In this document: piece by piece, positions 1-9,211 of the stretch
Layout of the letters: each line of letters starts with the position of its first letter
How positions within the stretch are numbered: the first letter of the stretch is position 1
Assembly (NCBI RefSeq): GCF_900289195.1
Contig: NZ_OMOH01000003.1
Location: 30,001-62,000, forward strand
Direction: 5' to 3'
DNA from: Propionibacterium ruminifibrarum
Lineage (GTDB): Bacteria; Actinomycetota; Actinomycetes; Propionibacteriales; Propionibacteriaceae
Length of the DNA stretch: 32,000 nt
The notes under the pieces: model-generated
Database searches by the model: none
What the model was told of the DNA's origin: nothing
The model's input: the letters and a program-made list of their open reading frames with translations, nothing else
Position numbers and translations under genes: made by a program

Positions 1-1658
1 GCGTTCGGCTCGAGGGCCGTCTTCGCCGGGGCGGGGCCGGCGGCGGTCTTCGCGGCCTCGTGCTCGGCCTTCCTCGACTCGTGCGCGACCTGCTTGGCCT
101 CGTGCTCGTCGCGCTCCTGCGCCAGCCGCTGCTTGGCCTCCGCCCGCTGCTCGGCCGTGCGGTAGTCGGAGAAGTAGACGGCGACGAAGGCGACGGCGAA
201 CGCGGAGAGCACCGAGATGGCGTACAGCGGGATGTTGCTGAAGGCGGGGATCGTCAGCAGCGAGGTGAAGACGAAGGCGTTCGTCGTCACGCCGCCGCCG
301 ATGCCCTGGATGAGGCCGCCGACGACACAGCCGATGAGCATGCGCGGGTAGATGCGCCGGAAGCGCAGGTGGATGCCGTACAGGCTCGGTTCGGAGATGC
401 CGCCGACCAGTCCGGCGACGACGGCGCCGGTGGCCGTCTGGCGCATCTCGATGTCCTTCTCGCGGATCGAGATGGCGAGCACCGCGGCCGAGGCGCCGAA
501 GCAGGCGAAGTTCCAGGCGCCCATCGGCCCCTGGATGTAGTCGTAGCCGATGGCCTGGATGTTGAGCAGCATGACGGCGTTGAGCGGCCAGTGCAGGCCC
601 AGCGGCACCATGAACGGGTAGAGCAGCGGGATGAGCAGGCAGAAGATGAACGGCGACAGGTCGTTGACGGCCTTCAGCGCGGTCGACAGGCCGGCGCCGG
701 CGTAGACGCCGATCGGGCCGAGGACGAACGCGGTGACCGGGATCATGACGAGCATGCACAGGAAGGGCACGAAGATCAGCTGCAGGTTGTCCGGGATGAT
801 CTTCTTGGCCAGCTTGTACAGCGGACCGAGCACACCCGCCATGAGCAGCGGCGGGAACACCTGCTGGCCGTAGTCGAAGATCGTCAGCGGCAGCTGGTGG
901 TCGAAGATCGGGAACGGCTGCCGGAAGACGTGGACGATGTTGATGTCCTGGCCCAGCACGTGTGCGACGTGGCTGTCCGCCATGAGGGAGTTGTCGGCGG
1001 TCATGAAGCCGGGCAGCAGCAGGACGGCCATGACCGAGAAACCGATCCACGGGTCGGCACCCACCTTCTTGGTGGCGTTGTATGCCACCGAGAGCGGCAG
1101 GAAGTAGAAGACGCATCGCCAGCACAGGTTGATGAACGCCCAGCTCGGCGGCAGCTGGGCCTCGCCGCTCGACCAGTTGCCGATGACGCCGAGCGTGCTC
1201 ATGAGGGCCATGAAGGTGATGAACAGCGAGGCGCCCAGCAGCACGCCGATGATCGGGCGGAAGGAGTCGGACAGGAACTCGAAGAAGGTGTCCACCCAGC
1301 CGAACTTGCCGCGGATGCCGCCCTGCCTGGCGGCCGCCTTCACCTCGGCGTCGGAGGGTTTCTTGCCACCGCCGCCCGAGCCCATCGCCGACATCTGCGG
1401 CAGGGCCATGATCTCGTTGTAGACGGTGGCGACGGCGCCGCCGATGACGACCTGGTACCGGTTCCCGCTCTGGGGCACGGCCCCCATGACGGCGGGGATC
1501 TTCTCGACCGTGTCCTTGTCGACTCCGGAGCCGTCGCGCAGCTGGAACCGCAGTCGCGTCGCGCAGTGGGTGAGGCTCGTGATGTTGTCGGGGCCGCCGA
1601 CGGCGTCGACGATCGCCGCGGCGTCGCTCGTCGTGGAGGCCGTGGTTTCCTGGGCCAT
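1..1658 (-). CDS. PTS sugar transporter EIIBC component (glucose-glucoside superfamily; sucrose/trehalose/beta-glucoside type). The C-terminus lies beyond the left edge.
   Basis: Absent from the ORF track because it runs off the window. My translation from ATG at 1658 (AAGGAG 5 nt upstream) gives MAQETTASTTSDAAAIVDAVGGPDNITSLTHCATRLRFQLRD..., which carries the EIIB Cys loop CATRLR. A multi-TM EIIC follows with GISEPSLYG. GC3 is high throughout. The 551-aa plus-strand ORF 60..1715 is its antisense shadow. Confidence 0.85.
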   Translation of the reverse strand, partial: MAQETTASTTSDAAAIVDAVGGPDNITSLTHCATRLRFQLRDGSGVDKDTVEKIPAVMGAVPQSGNRYQVVIGGAVATVYNEIMALPQMSAMGSGGGGKKPSDAEVKAAARQGGIRGKFGWVDTFFEFLSDSFRPIIGVLLGASLFITFMALMSTLGVIGNWSSGEAQLPPSWAFINLCWRCVFYFLPLSVAYNATKKVGADPWIGFSVMAVLLLPGFMTADNSLMADSHVAHVLGQDINIVHVFRQPFPIFDHQLPLTIFDYGQQVFPPLLMAGVLGPLYKLAKKIIPDNLQLIFVPFLCMLVMIPVTAFVLGPIGVYAGAGLSTALKAVNDLSPFIFCLLIPLLYPFMVPLGLHWPLNAVMLLNIQAIGYDYIQGPMGAWNFACFGASAAVLAISIREKDIEMRQTATGAVVAGLVGGISEPSLYGIHLRFRRIYPRMLIGCVVGGLIQGIGGGVTTNAFVFTSLLTIPAFSNIPLYAISVLSAFAVAFVAVYFSDYRTAEQRAEAKQRLAQERDEHEAKQVAHESRKAEHEAAKTAAGPAPAKTALEPN

Positions 1659-2070
1659 GGATGCTCCTTGCTCCCGACGGTCCGGACCGCCGGATTCGGT
1701 GGTGAATACCGCTGATGATCGGGGTGGTCTCAGGGTTCACCACAGACTAGACGCAGATCGCGAGTACGACGCGGGTGTCCACACCGAGCAGAGGCCCTCC
1801 GCAGCGCGTTTGTTCGCTCTGCGCTGAGAAATGAGGGCGCCATCCTTCGGCGCCATGCCGCGGGCGCCCCCGACGACTGGGCGATGCGGTGCGTCGAGGG
1901 TCCGTGGGCGGCCGGTTGAGGGACGACCCATGGGACGGCGGGCCGCTGGAGGCGCCGGGCCTCGGATCCCGGACCGACTGCCGGGGCCGGTGGCCTATTC
2001 CCTGCTCAGCTCGTGGGTGAAAGCCATGGGACGGGCCCCGCGGCGGGCCCGCATGGCGTAGACATGACCC

Positions 2071-2571
2071 ATGGCTGACATCACATACCGCGGCGAACCC
2101 GTCCACACCCGCAGCGAGCTGCCCGCCGTCGGCGCCCAGGCCCCGGAGATCGACCTCGTCGGCGCCGACCTGGAACCCGTCACCCTGGAGAGCCTGCGGG
2201 GCCGCCGGGTTGTCCTCAACATCTTCCCGAGCCTCGACACCGGCGTGTGCGCGATGAGCGTCCGCAAGTTCAACGAGCTCGCGGCCGGCCTCGAGAACAC
2301 CACCGTCGTGTGCGTCTCGAAGGACCTGCCCTTCGCCGCCAAGCGCTTCTGCACCACCGAGGGCATCGAGAACGTCGTCACCGGTTCCGCGTTCCGCACG
2401 CACGCGATGAGCAAGGCCTACGGCTTGCGCATGGTCGACGGCCCGCTGAAGGGCCTGCTGGCCCGCGCCGTCGTCGTCATCGACGAGAACGGAACGATCA
2501 TTCACACCCAGCTCGTCCAGGAGGCCTCCAACGAGCCCGACTACGACGCCGCGGTCGCCGCACTGAGCTGA
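2071..2571 (+). CDS. tpx: thiol peroxidase (Tpx, atypical 2-Cys peroxiredoxin)
   Basis: 166-aa ORF that aligns along its length with E. coli Tpx as I recall it. Motifs: FPSLDTGVCA (peroxidatic Cys), RFCTTEG (resolving Cys), ARAVVVIDENG, EPDYDAA. Confidence 0.95.
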   Translation: MADITYRGEPVHTRSELPAVGAQAPEIDLVGADLEPVTLESLRGRRVVLNIFPSLDTGVCAMSVRKFNELAAGLENTTVVCVSKDLPFAAKRFCTTEGIENVVTGSAFRTHAMSKAYGLRMVDGPLKGLLARAVVVIDENGTIIHTQLVQEASNEPDYDAAVAALS

Positions 2572-2608
2572 TGGCGCCGGGCCGACCCGCCGCCCTGTTG
2601 CCGTCCGG

Positions 2609-3346
2609 TCAGGCCAGGGCGGCGTCGGTCGCCGCGCCCAGCACGGCGCCGATCGAGTCGTGGATCACCAGATCGGCGCTCGAATCGGCCGGTGTCGCCG
2701 ACTTGTTGATCAGGACGAGGGGCCTGCCCCGGAAGTAGTTGAGCAGGCCGGCGGCCGGGTAGACGTTGAGCGAGGTGCCGCCGACGATGAGCACGTCGGC
2801 GCGGCCGATCGCCTCCATGGCCGCGGCCATGACGCCCGTGTCGAGGTTCTCCTCGTACAGCACGACCTCGGGTTTGATGACGCCCTGGCACTCCTCGCAA
2901 CGCGGGATGCCCGTCGAGGCGGTGATCGCCTCCAGCGGGTACTGGCGTCCGCAGTCGGTGCAGCGGTTCCGCAGCACCGAGCCGTGCACCTCGTGGACGG
3001 TCCGCGAGCCGGCCATCTGGTGCAGGCCGTCGATGTTCTGGGTGACGACGGCCGCGAGCCGGCCGGCCTCCTCGAGCCGGGCCAGCGCCCAGTGGGCCGC
3101 GTTCGGCTTCGCCTCGGGGTGGAGCATGGTCGCCCGGTAGAACTCGTAGAAGGCCTCCGGGTGGTCGCGCCAGCAGCCGTGCGACAGCATGTACTCCGGC
3201 GGGTACTGGCCGCCCGAATGCGTCGTGTACAGGCCCGTGGCGGAACGGAAGTCGGGGATGCCGCTCTCGGTCGAGACGCCGGCGCCGCCGAAGAAGACGG
3301 CCCGTGAGGCTCCGGCCAGGATGCTGCTCAACTCGTCAACGCTCAT
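2609..3346 (-). CDS. cobB: NAD-dependent protein deacylase, Sir2/CobB family
   Basis: ORF 2609..3421 trimmed to ATG 3346 (MSVDELSS...). It has the GAGVSTESGIPDFRS NAD motif, a Zn ribbon (CTDCG...CEECQG) and GTSLNVYPAAG. The size is that of a stand-alone CobB. Confidence 0.9.
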   Translation of the reverse strand: MSVDELSSILAGASRAVFFGGAGVSTESGIPDFRSATGLYTTHSGGQYPPEYMLSHGCWRDHPEAFYEFYRATMLHPEAKPNAAHWALARLEEAGRLAAVVTQNIDGLHQMAGSRTVHEVHGSVLRNRCTDCGRQYPLEAITASTGIPRCEECQGVIKPEVVLYEENLDTGVMAAAMEAIGRADVLIVGGTSLNVYPAAGLLNYFRGRPLVLINKSATPADSSADLVIHDSIGAVLGAATDAALA

Positions 3347-3359
3347 GACTCCACAGTAG

Positions 3360-3397
3360 GCGTTCGCCCCGCGGCCGGACCGCCGCGGGGCGAACGC
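3360..3397 (-). terminator. perfect 16-bp GC-rich hairpin downstream of argG (candidate terminator or mRNA-stabilising stem)
   Basis: GCGTTCGCCCCGCGGC (3360-3375), loop cggacc, GCCGCGGGGCGAACGC (3382-3397). It lies 38 nt after the argG stop and 13 nt before the cobB ATG. There is no U-tract. Confidence 0.5.
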
Positions 3398-3435
3398 GCC
3401 GTGCGCGTGGATGCACCGCATCCCGGGAGGCCCGG

Positions 3436-4947
<1,512 letters not shown>

Positions 4948-5050
4948 TTATGCGACGGTCATGGGTGTGCCCACCGTCTACCACCGACCCGGCGGTGCCA
5001 CGACGGCACGGCCCGGTCCGGCGCCGCAGCACGCCGGGCGCACCGCGCTG

Positions 5051-6028
5051 TCAGTTGTACTTGGCGACGAGGATGATCTTCCCGGTGTTCTCGCCCGACT
5101 CGAGCAGCTCATGGGCCCTGGCCGCCTCCTCGAGCGGCACGCGGGTCTGGTTGCCCGGCTTGATCGTGCCGTTGGCCAGCATCGGCCACACGACCTCCTC
5201 GACACGGCGGCAGATCGCGGCCCGCTGGTCGGACGGGCGGCCGCGCAGGCTCGTGGCGGTGATCGTGCCGCGCTTGTTGAGCAGCACCCCCAGGTTCAGG
5301 GTGCCCTTGACGCCCTTCTGCATGCCGATCGTCACCATGCGGCCCTCGGTGGCCAGGCAGCGCACATTCGCCTCGAGGTACTTGGCGCCGATGATGTCGA
5401 GGATGACGTCGACGCCCCGGTCGGCGGTGGCGACCATGACGGCCGGCTCCCAGTCGGAGGCGTAGTCGATGACCTTGTCGGCGCCGAGTTCGATGCAGTA
5501 GTCCGCCTTCTTCTTCGAGGCGGTGGTGATGACGCGGGCGCCGATCGCCTTCGCGTACTGGATAGCGAAGCTGCCGACGCCGCCGGCGCCGCCGTGGATG
5601 AGGACGGTCTCCCCGGCCTTCAGCCCGACCCTGTCGAAGTTCGAGACGACGGTGGCGGAGACCTCGACCAGGCCGGCGGCCTCGATCGGGTCGATACCGT
5701 CCGGGACCGACAGCAGGTGCTCGGCCGCCACGACGAAGTACTCGGCGTACGCGCCGCCGGTCAGCAGTGCCAGGACCTGCTCGCCGACCTCGTGGCCGGT
5801 GACCTGCTCGCCGAGCTCGGCGATGACCCCGAGGCCCTCCAGGCCCATGACATCGGTGACGCCCTTGGGCGGGGGGTAGTGGCCCTGGCGCTGCAGGACG
5901 TCGCCGCGGTTGACGCCGACCGCCTGCGTGCGGACCAGGACCTCGCCGGGTCCGGGCTCGGGGGTGGGCACCGGCGCCCACTCGATCTGCTCGATTCCGC
6001 CGGGTTCGGCGACAGTGATCGCGTACAT
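5051..6028 (-). CDS. qor: NADPH:quinone oxidoreductase (zinc-independent MDR family)
   Basis: ORF 5051..6109 trimmed to ATG 6028 (MYAITVAEPGG...), because the longer ORF would overlap the tRNA-Ser gene. Motifs: GVNRGDVLQRQGHYPPP, LIHGGAGGVGSFAIQ nucleotide fold, ENTGKIIL C-terminus. Confidence 0.88.
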   Translation of the reverse strand: MYAITVAEPGGIEQIEWAPVPTPEPGPGEVLVRTQAVGVNRGDVLQRQGHYPPPKGVTDVMGLEGLGVIAELGEQVTGHEVGEQVLALLTGGAYAEYFVVAAEHLLSVPDGIDPIEAAGLVEVSATVVSNFDRVGLKAGETVLIHGGAGGVGSFAIQYAKAIGARVITTASKKKADYCIELGADKVIDYASDWEPAVMVATADRGVDVILDIIGAKYLEANVRCLATEGRMVTIGMQKGVKGTLNLGVLLNKRGTITATSLRGRPSDQRAAICRRVEEVVWPMLANGTIKPGNQTRVPLEEAARAHELLESGENTGKIILVAKYN

Positions 6029-6096
6029 GTCCCCAGCATGCCAGAGATGCTCATCGGCTACCATGAGTGCGCGCTGCCGAACATGGTCGGCAGCCG

Positions 6097-6179
6097 GGCG
6101 AGGTCGCATAGTGGACTAGTGCAGCCGCCTTGAAAGCGGCCGAGCGAAAGCTCCGTGGGTTCGAATCCCACCCTCGCCG
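6097..6179 (+). tRNA. tRNA-Ser (anticodon UGA)
   Basis: Manual fold: acceptor GGCGAGG/CCTCGCC; anticodon stem GCCGC/GCGGC with loop CTTGAAA; long variable arm; T arm GTGGG-TTCGAAT-CCCAC; discriminator G. CCA is not encoded. Confidence 0.9.
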
Positions 6180-6215
6180 CCGTTGCCCCACCAGGTGGTG
6201 GCCCCGGCGTCCGGT

Positions 6216-8006
6216 TCAGCTCACCGGGTTGTACGCGCAGGCGTCCGCGACGTTCTCCGCCGTGGCGCTCGTCGAGGCGCTGGAGGCCGAGGTCGCCTGC
6301 TCGCCGGGCACCTCGCCGTAGCCGGTGTCCTCCTCGCCCCAGATTCCCTCGTCGTCGGTCTCACCGGGCTCGCTGGTGGCCTGGGTCGGGGCGGGGGCGC
6401 TGGTCGTGGGGGCCACGCCGCCGTTCTCACTCAAGGCGATGGCATCGGCCACGGCGGCCCGGATCTCGTCGTAGTCGGGATCGGCCGGGTCGACCTCGAG
6501 GGCTCCCGAGGTGCCTGCCCCGGACAGGTCCTGGGAGACGAGCAGGCGGCTGACCGTGCCGTCCTTGACCACCAGCGCCAGATTGGCCAGGTCGTCGAGC
6601 AGCTCCTGCGGGATGTCGGTACTCATCATGTTCTCACTGGCGGCGGCGATGGCCTCGTAGCGGGTGATGAGCGTCTGCGGGTTGACCTGCTTGATGATGG
6701 CGTTCACCAGGCAGCTCTGGCGGCGCATCCGGCCGTAGTCGTAGTCGGGGTCGTTGCAGCGACTCCGGGCGTACCACATGGCGTCCTCGCCGTTCAGCGT
6801 CTGGTCCGGGCCGACGGTGAGGTGGCCGTCGACGCCGCACTCCTCGTCGCCGTAGCCGTCCACGTGGCCGCCCTTGGCGATCGGGAAGTTGATGTTCACC
6901 GTGACACCGCCCATGGCGTCGATGAGCGCCTGGATGCCGTCGATGTTGACCATCATGAAGTAGTTGACCTCCAGGCCGGTGATGCCCTGGACGGCCATCT
7001 TCGTGGCGTCGGCGCCGGGGAAGTCGGTGTCGGTGAACAGTTCGGGGTGTTCCTTCGGCACCTCGTTCCAGACGGCGTTGAGCATGTACTCGTCCTCGCT
7101 GCTCGAATAGCCGTCCCAGACGCGGCCCTCGGGGTATGCCTCGGCCAGGGCGGTGCCCTCGGGGAAGGGCACGTTCTCAAGGTTGCGGGGCAGCTGGATG
7201 ATCACCGTGTCGCCTGTTGCGACATCGACGGATGCCAGCATGAGCGTGTCGGTGCGGATCCCCAGCTCGTCGTCCCGGTCCTCGCCGGAGTCGGCGCCGA
7301 CGAGCAGGATGTTGAGCCGGTCCATGGCGGCCCAGGGATTGTCGCCGTTGAGATCGGGCCGGGTCTGCGACCGCGAGCCCGAACCGAAGATGTTGCCCAG
7401 GACGATGCTCGTCTGCAACGCGTAGGCCGAGGCCACGGCTGTGGGCGTGGCCACGAGGAAGGACATGAGGAAGACGACGCCGGCCCCGATGAGGCGCTGG
7501 GGCCTGGTCATGCGGCGGGGGCGGGATACCAGGTAGGTGCCGACGATGACGATCACCCACAGCAGCCCGCCGATGAGCAGGGCAACGGCGATGATGAGGA
7601 GGCGGTTCGCATTGGCCACGAGCGACACCAGGGTGCTGCGGTGGATGAAGGCGAGGATGGCGACGGTGCCGCCGGTGATGATGCTCAGGGCGAACAGCAG
7701 CAGGCCGACGAAGGTGCGGCGTGTGCCGATGAGGCCGAGGCCGGGGATGATCGAGCCGAACGTGGTGCGGATCAGTGTCCTGCCGAAACCGGCCGAGCGG
7801 TCGTACAGCGGACTGCCTGCGGCGTGCGTGGCGCGTTCGCCGTCGCGCAGCCCGACTTCCTCGACGTCGAAGAGCTCCCCGCCGCGGCGGGCCGTCTCCT
7901 CCGAGGGCTCTCTGGAGACTCGTCGGGGGACGTAGGACGCGTCGTCCTCCGCCGCTCGGCGGGGGCGACCGCTGCGCAGATTGTCGTCGTTGTCGCGGTT
8001 TGCCAT
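6216..8006 (-). CDS. LCP (LytR-CpsA-Psr) family cell-envelope glycopolymer transferase with an N-terminal multi-TM region
   Basis: 596 aa. A cytoplasmic basic N-terminus is followed by 4-5 TM helices. The LCP core shows NILLVGADSG...IRTDTLMLASVD, GADATKMAVQGITGLEVNYFMMVNIDGIQALIDAMGGV and ARSR...DYGRMRRQ. The tail is Ser/Thr/Ala/Glu-rich. Confidence 0.9.
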   Translation of the reverse strand: MANRDNDDNLRSGRPRRAAEDDASYVPRRVSREPSEETARRGGELFDVEEVGLRDGERATHAAGSPLYDRSAGFGRTLIRTTFGSIIPGLGLIGTRRTFVGLLLFALSIITGGTVAILAFIHRSTLVSLVANANRLLIIAVALLIGGLLWVIVIVGTYLVSRPRRMTRPQRLIGAGVVFLMSFLVATPTAVASAYALQTSIVLGNIFGSGSRSQTRPDLNGDNPWAAMDRLNILLVGADSGEDRDDELGIRTDTLMLASVDVATGDTVIIQLPRNLENVPFPEGTALAEAYPEGRVWDGYSSSEDEYMLNAVWNEVPKEHPELFTDTDFPGADATKMAVQGITGLEVNYFMMVNIDGIQALIDAMGGVTVNINFPIAKGGHVDGYGDEECGVDGHLTVGPDQTLNGEDAMWYARSRCNDPDYDYGRMRRQSCLVNAIIKQVNPQTLITRYEAIAAASENMMSTDIPQELLDDLANLALVVKDGTVSRLLVSQDLSGAGTSGALEVDPADPDYDEIRAAVADAIALSENGGVAPTTSAPAPTQATSEPGETDDEGIWGEEDTGYGEVPGEQATSASSASTSATAENVADACAYNPVS

Positions 8007-8217
8007 GACACCTTCTTGGTCGTACTGACCGGTGGGATGAACCGGTTCGGCCGCACCTCGGGGGCTGACCGGGCGGGCGTCCGCCCAGTGTTGTGCTCCA
8101 CCATGATGCCTTGCTCAGCTGTGGACGGCACGCGCCGCGCCGCCGAGGGACGCGCGGAGGCCCCGCCGTCCGGGCACTGGCTGCGGGCCGGGTGCCGCGG
8201 TGGCCCCGGCGGACGCT

Positions 8218-8246
8218 TTGCTCAGTCGGCTCGCAGCGGATAGGGT
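8218..8246 (+). promoter_or_regulatory. candidate promoter of tRNA-Ser(GCU): TTGCTC-17-TAGGGT
   Basis: -35-like TTGCTC at 8218-8223 and -10 TAGGGT (TANNNT) at 8241-8246, 11 nt before the mature tRNA 5' end. Confidence 0.35.
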
Positions 8247-8257
8247 TGGTGCTCGCT

Positions 8258-8350
8258 GGAGGTGTCGCCTAGTCGGCCTATGGCGCCCGCCTGCTAAGCG
8301 GGTTTGGGACACAAATCCCATCGCGGGTTCGAATCCCGCCACCTCCGCCA
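8258..8350 (+). tRNA. tRNA-Ser (anticodon GCU), CCA encoded
   Basis: Acceptor GGAGGTG/CACCTCC; anticodon stem CCCGC/GCGGG with loop CTGCTAA; long variable arm; T arm GCGGG-TTCGAAT-CCCGC; then G and CCA. Confidence 0.92.
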
Positions 8351-8352
8351 GC

Positions 8353-8382
8353 ACGAGCAGTCCGCCATGGCGGGCTGCTCGT
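8353..8382 (+). terminator. hairpin directly after tRNA-Ser(GCU)
   Basis: ACGAGCAGTCCGC / GCGGGCTGCTCGT, about a 13-bp stem with one G-U pair and a CATG loop, followed by TCGG. Confidence 0.5.
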
Positions 8383-8401
8383 TCGGCGTTACGGGCCCAC
8401 G

Positions 8402-8424
8402 CCCACCGGCCAGGGGCCGGTGGG
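8402..8424 (-). terminator. hairpin CCCACCGGCC-agg-GGCCGGTGGG downstream of the small membrane ORF
   Basis: Perfect 10-bp stem with a 3-nt loop, 25 nt after the stop at 8449 on the minus strand. Confidence 0.4.
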
Positions 8425-8448
8425 CGGGCCGCCTTCCCGGTGCGGCGT

Positions 8449-8841
8449 TCAGTGCTCGTCGCCCGGTTCCCGCGCAGGGCTCGCCCAGCCGGCGAGCCTC
8501 AGCCGTTCCTGCTGTCGTCGCTCATTCCTGTCGTGCCGCCACCATGAGATGAGCAGGACGTTCAGGGCGACGAGGGCGGCCATCGTCGCCTGTGCGGCGA
8601 ACCAGAGGAACATGTTGTGGGGCAGGAGCTGCCCCCGGTCGAAACCGCGCTCCTCGGCGCGGTTGTACGCCCAGGTGTCGGCGATGTGCCACAGGGCGTA
8701 GAAGACGGTGGTGCAGATGTCGAGCAGCGCCAGGACCAGGGCGACAGGTTTGAACGGGAAGGGGTGAGGGCGCACGCCGGACGAAGCAGCCTGCGGCCAG
8801 GGAAGCCCTTCGTGCTGGGGGTTGGTGCGGTTGTCGGTCAT
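8449..8841 (-). CDS. hypothetical small membrane protein (130 aa, about 2 TM helices)
   Basis: ORF 8449..9078 trimmed to ATG 8841, because the longer ORF reads antisense through tRNA-Arg (MLYPLSYG...). SD GGAGGA sits 7 nt upstream. GC3 is high. Hydrophobic segments: VALVLALLDICTTVFYALW and MFLWFAAQATMAALVALNVLLISWW. No family recognised. Confidence 0.7.
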   Translation of the reverse strand: MTDNRTNPQHEGLPWPQAASSGVRPHPFPFKPVALVLALLDICTTVFYALWHIADTWAYNRAEERGFDRGQLLPHNMFLWFAAQATMAALVALNVLLISWWRHDRNERRQQERLRLAGWASPAREPGDEH

Positions 8842-9001
8842 GTTCACTTCCTCCGTGATGTTCCCGCCACGGGGCGAGACCAGTGCGGCAAGGGGATTCT
8901 TGTCTTCGACCGGTGCTCGCGGATGTGGCGTGCTGCCCGCGCCGGGCGGGTGCCGATGGCCATGTCGTGGGGCCGGTGCGCGGGCCTCTTCGAGGCTCCG
9001 A

Positions 9002-9031
9002 TTGGAGATTCCGGCGAGGAGGGGGTATTGT
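9002..9031 (+). promoter_or_regulatory. candidate promoter of tRNA-Arg: TTGGAG-18-TATTGT
   Basis: TTGGAG at 9002-9007 and TATTGT (TANNNT) at 9026-9031, 20 nt before the tRNA 5' end. Confidence 0.3.
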
Positions 9032-9051
9032 CGGTTCTCGCCGTCAGGCAA

Positions 9052-9124
9052 GCACCCATAGCTTAATGGATAGAGCATCTGACTACGGATCAGAAGGTTG
9101 GGGGTTCGACTCCCTCTGGGTGCG
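9052..9124 (+). tRNA. tRNA-Arg (anticodon ACG)
   Basis: Acceptor GCACCCA/TGGGTGC; anticodon stem TCTGA/TCAGA with loop CTACGGA; T arm GGGGG-TTCGACT-CCCTC; discriminator G. 73 nt; CCA is not encoded. Confidence 0.92.
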
Positions 9125-9130
9125 CAACGA

Positions 9131-9158
9131 GAAGGGGCCCCGGAATCGGGGCCCCTTC
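9131..9158. terminator. bidirectional terminator hairpin between tRNA-Arg (+) and the permease (-)
   Basis: GAAGGGGCCCCG-gaat-CGGGGCCCCTTC, a perfect 12-bp stem followed by TTCGTG on the plus strand. Confidence 0.6.
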
Positions 9159-9211
9159 TTCGTGTCCTGGGCTGCTTCCCGCTCGGTCCTGCCGGACAGG
9201 GCGGCCCGCCC

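Noticed and set aside
60-1715. The 551-aa plus-strand ORF, and similar very long ORFs elsewhere: 3496..4875 (+), 4961..6133 (+), 6183..8243 (+), 9090..10766 (-), 10756..12120 (+), 16271..18763 (+), 19177..20157 (+), 22987..24207 (-), 24902..26548 (-), 26328..27716 (-), 29608..31149 (-), 31237..31995 (-).
   Set aside because: They lie antisense or out of frame to genes with clear family motifs. Their translations are Arg/Gly/Asp/His/Pro-rich low complexity. They are typical shadow ORFs of a roughly 70% GC genome, where stop codons are rare.
1659-1860. A BglG/LicT-type RAT antiterminator and terminator in the PTS leader.
   Set aside because: There is no sequence resembling the RAT consensus (GGNTTGTNACTG...CAGGCA), and no antiterminator gene in the window. 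The small hairpins present are generic.
2609-3346. The SIR2-domain protein as a possible anti-phage effector (Thoeris ThsA or DSR-like).
   Set aside because: It is a 245-aa stand-alone CobB-type deacylase with the Zn ribbon and no extra sensor or SLOG/TIR domains. It has no partner genes and is embedded among housekeeping genes.
6029-6109. N-terminal extensions of track ORFs that overlap tRNA genes: 5051..6109 into tRNA-Ser(UGA), and 8449..9078 through tRNA-Arg (translation MLYPLSYG...).
   Set aside because: The extensions read through tRNA sequence and have no homology support. Internal starts at 6028 and 8841 fit the family N-termini or have proper SD sites.
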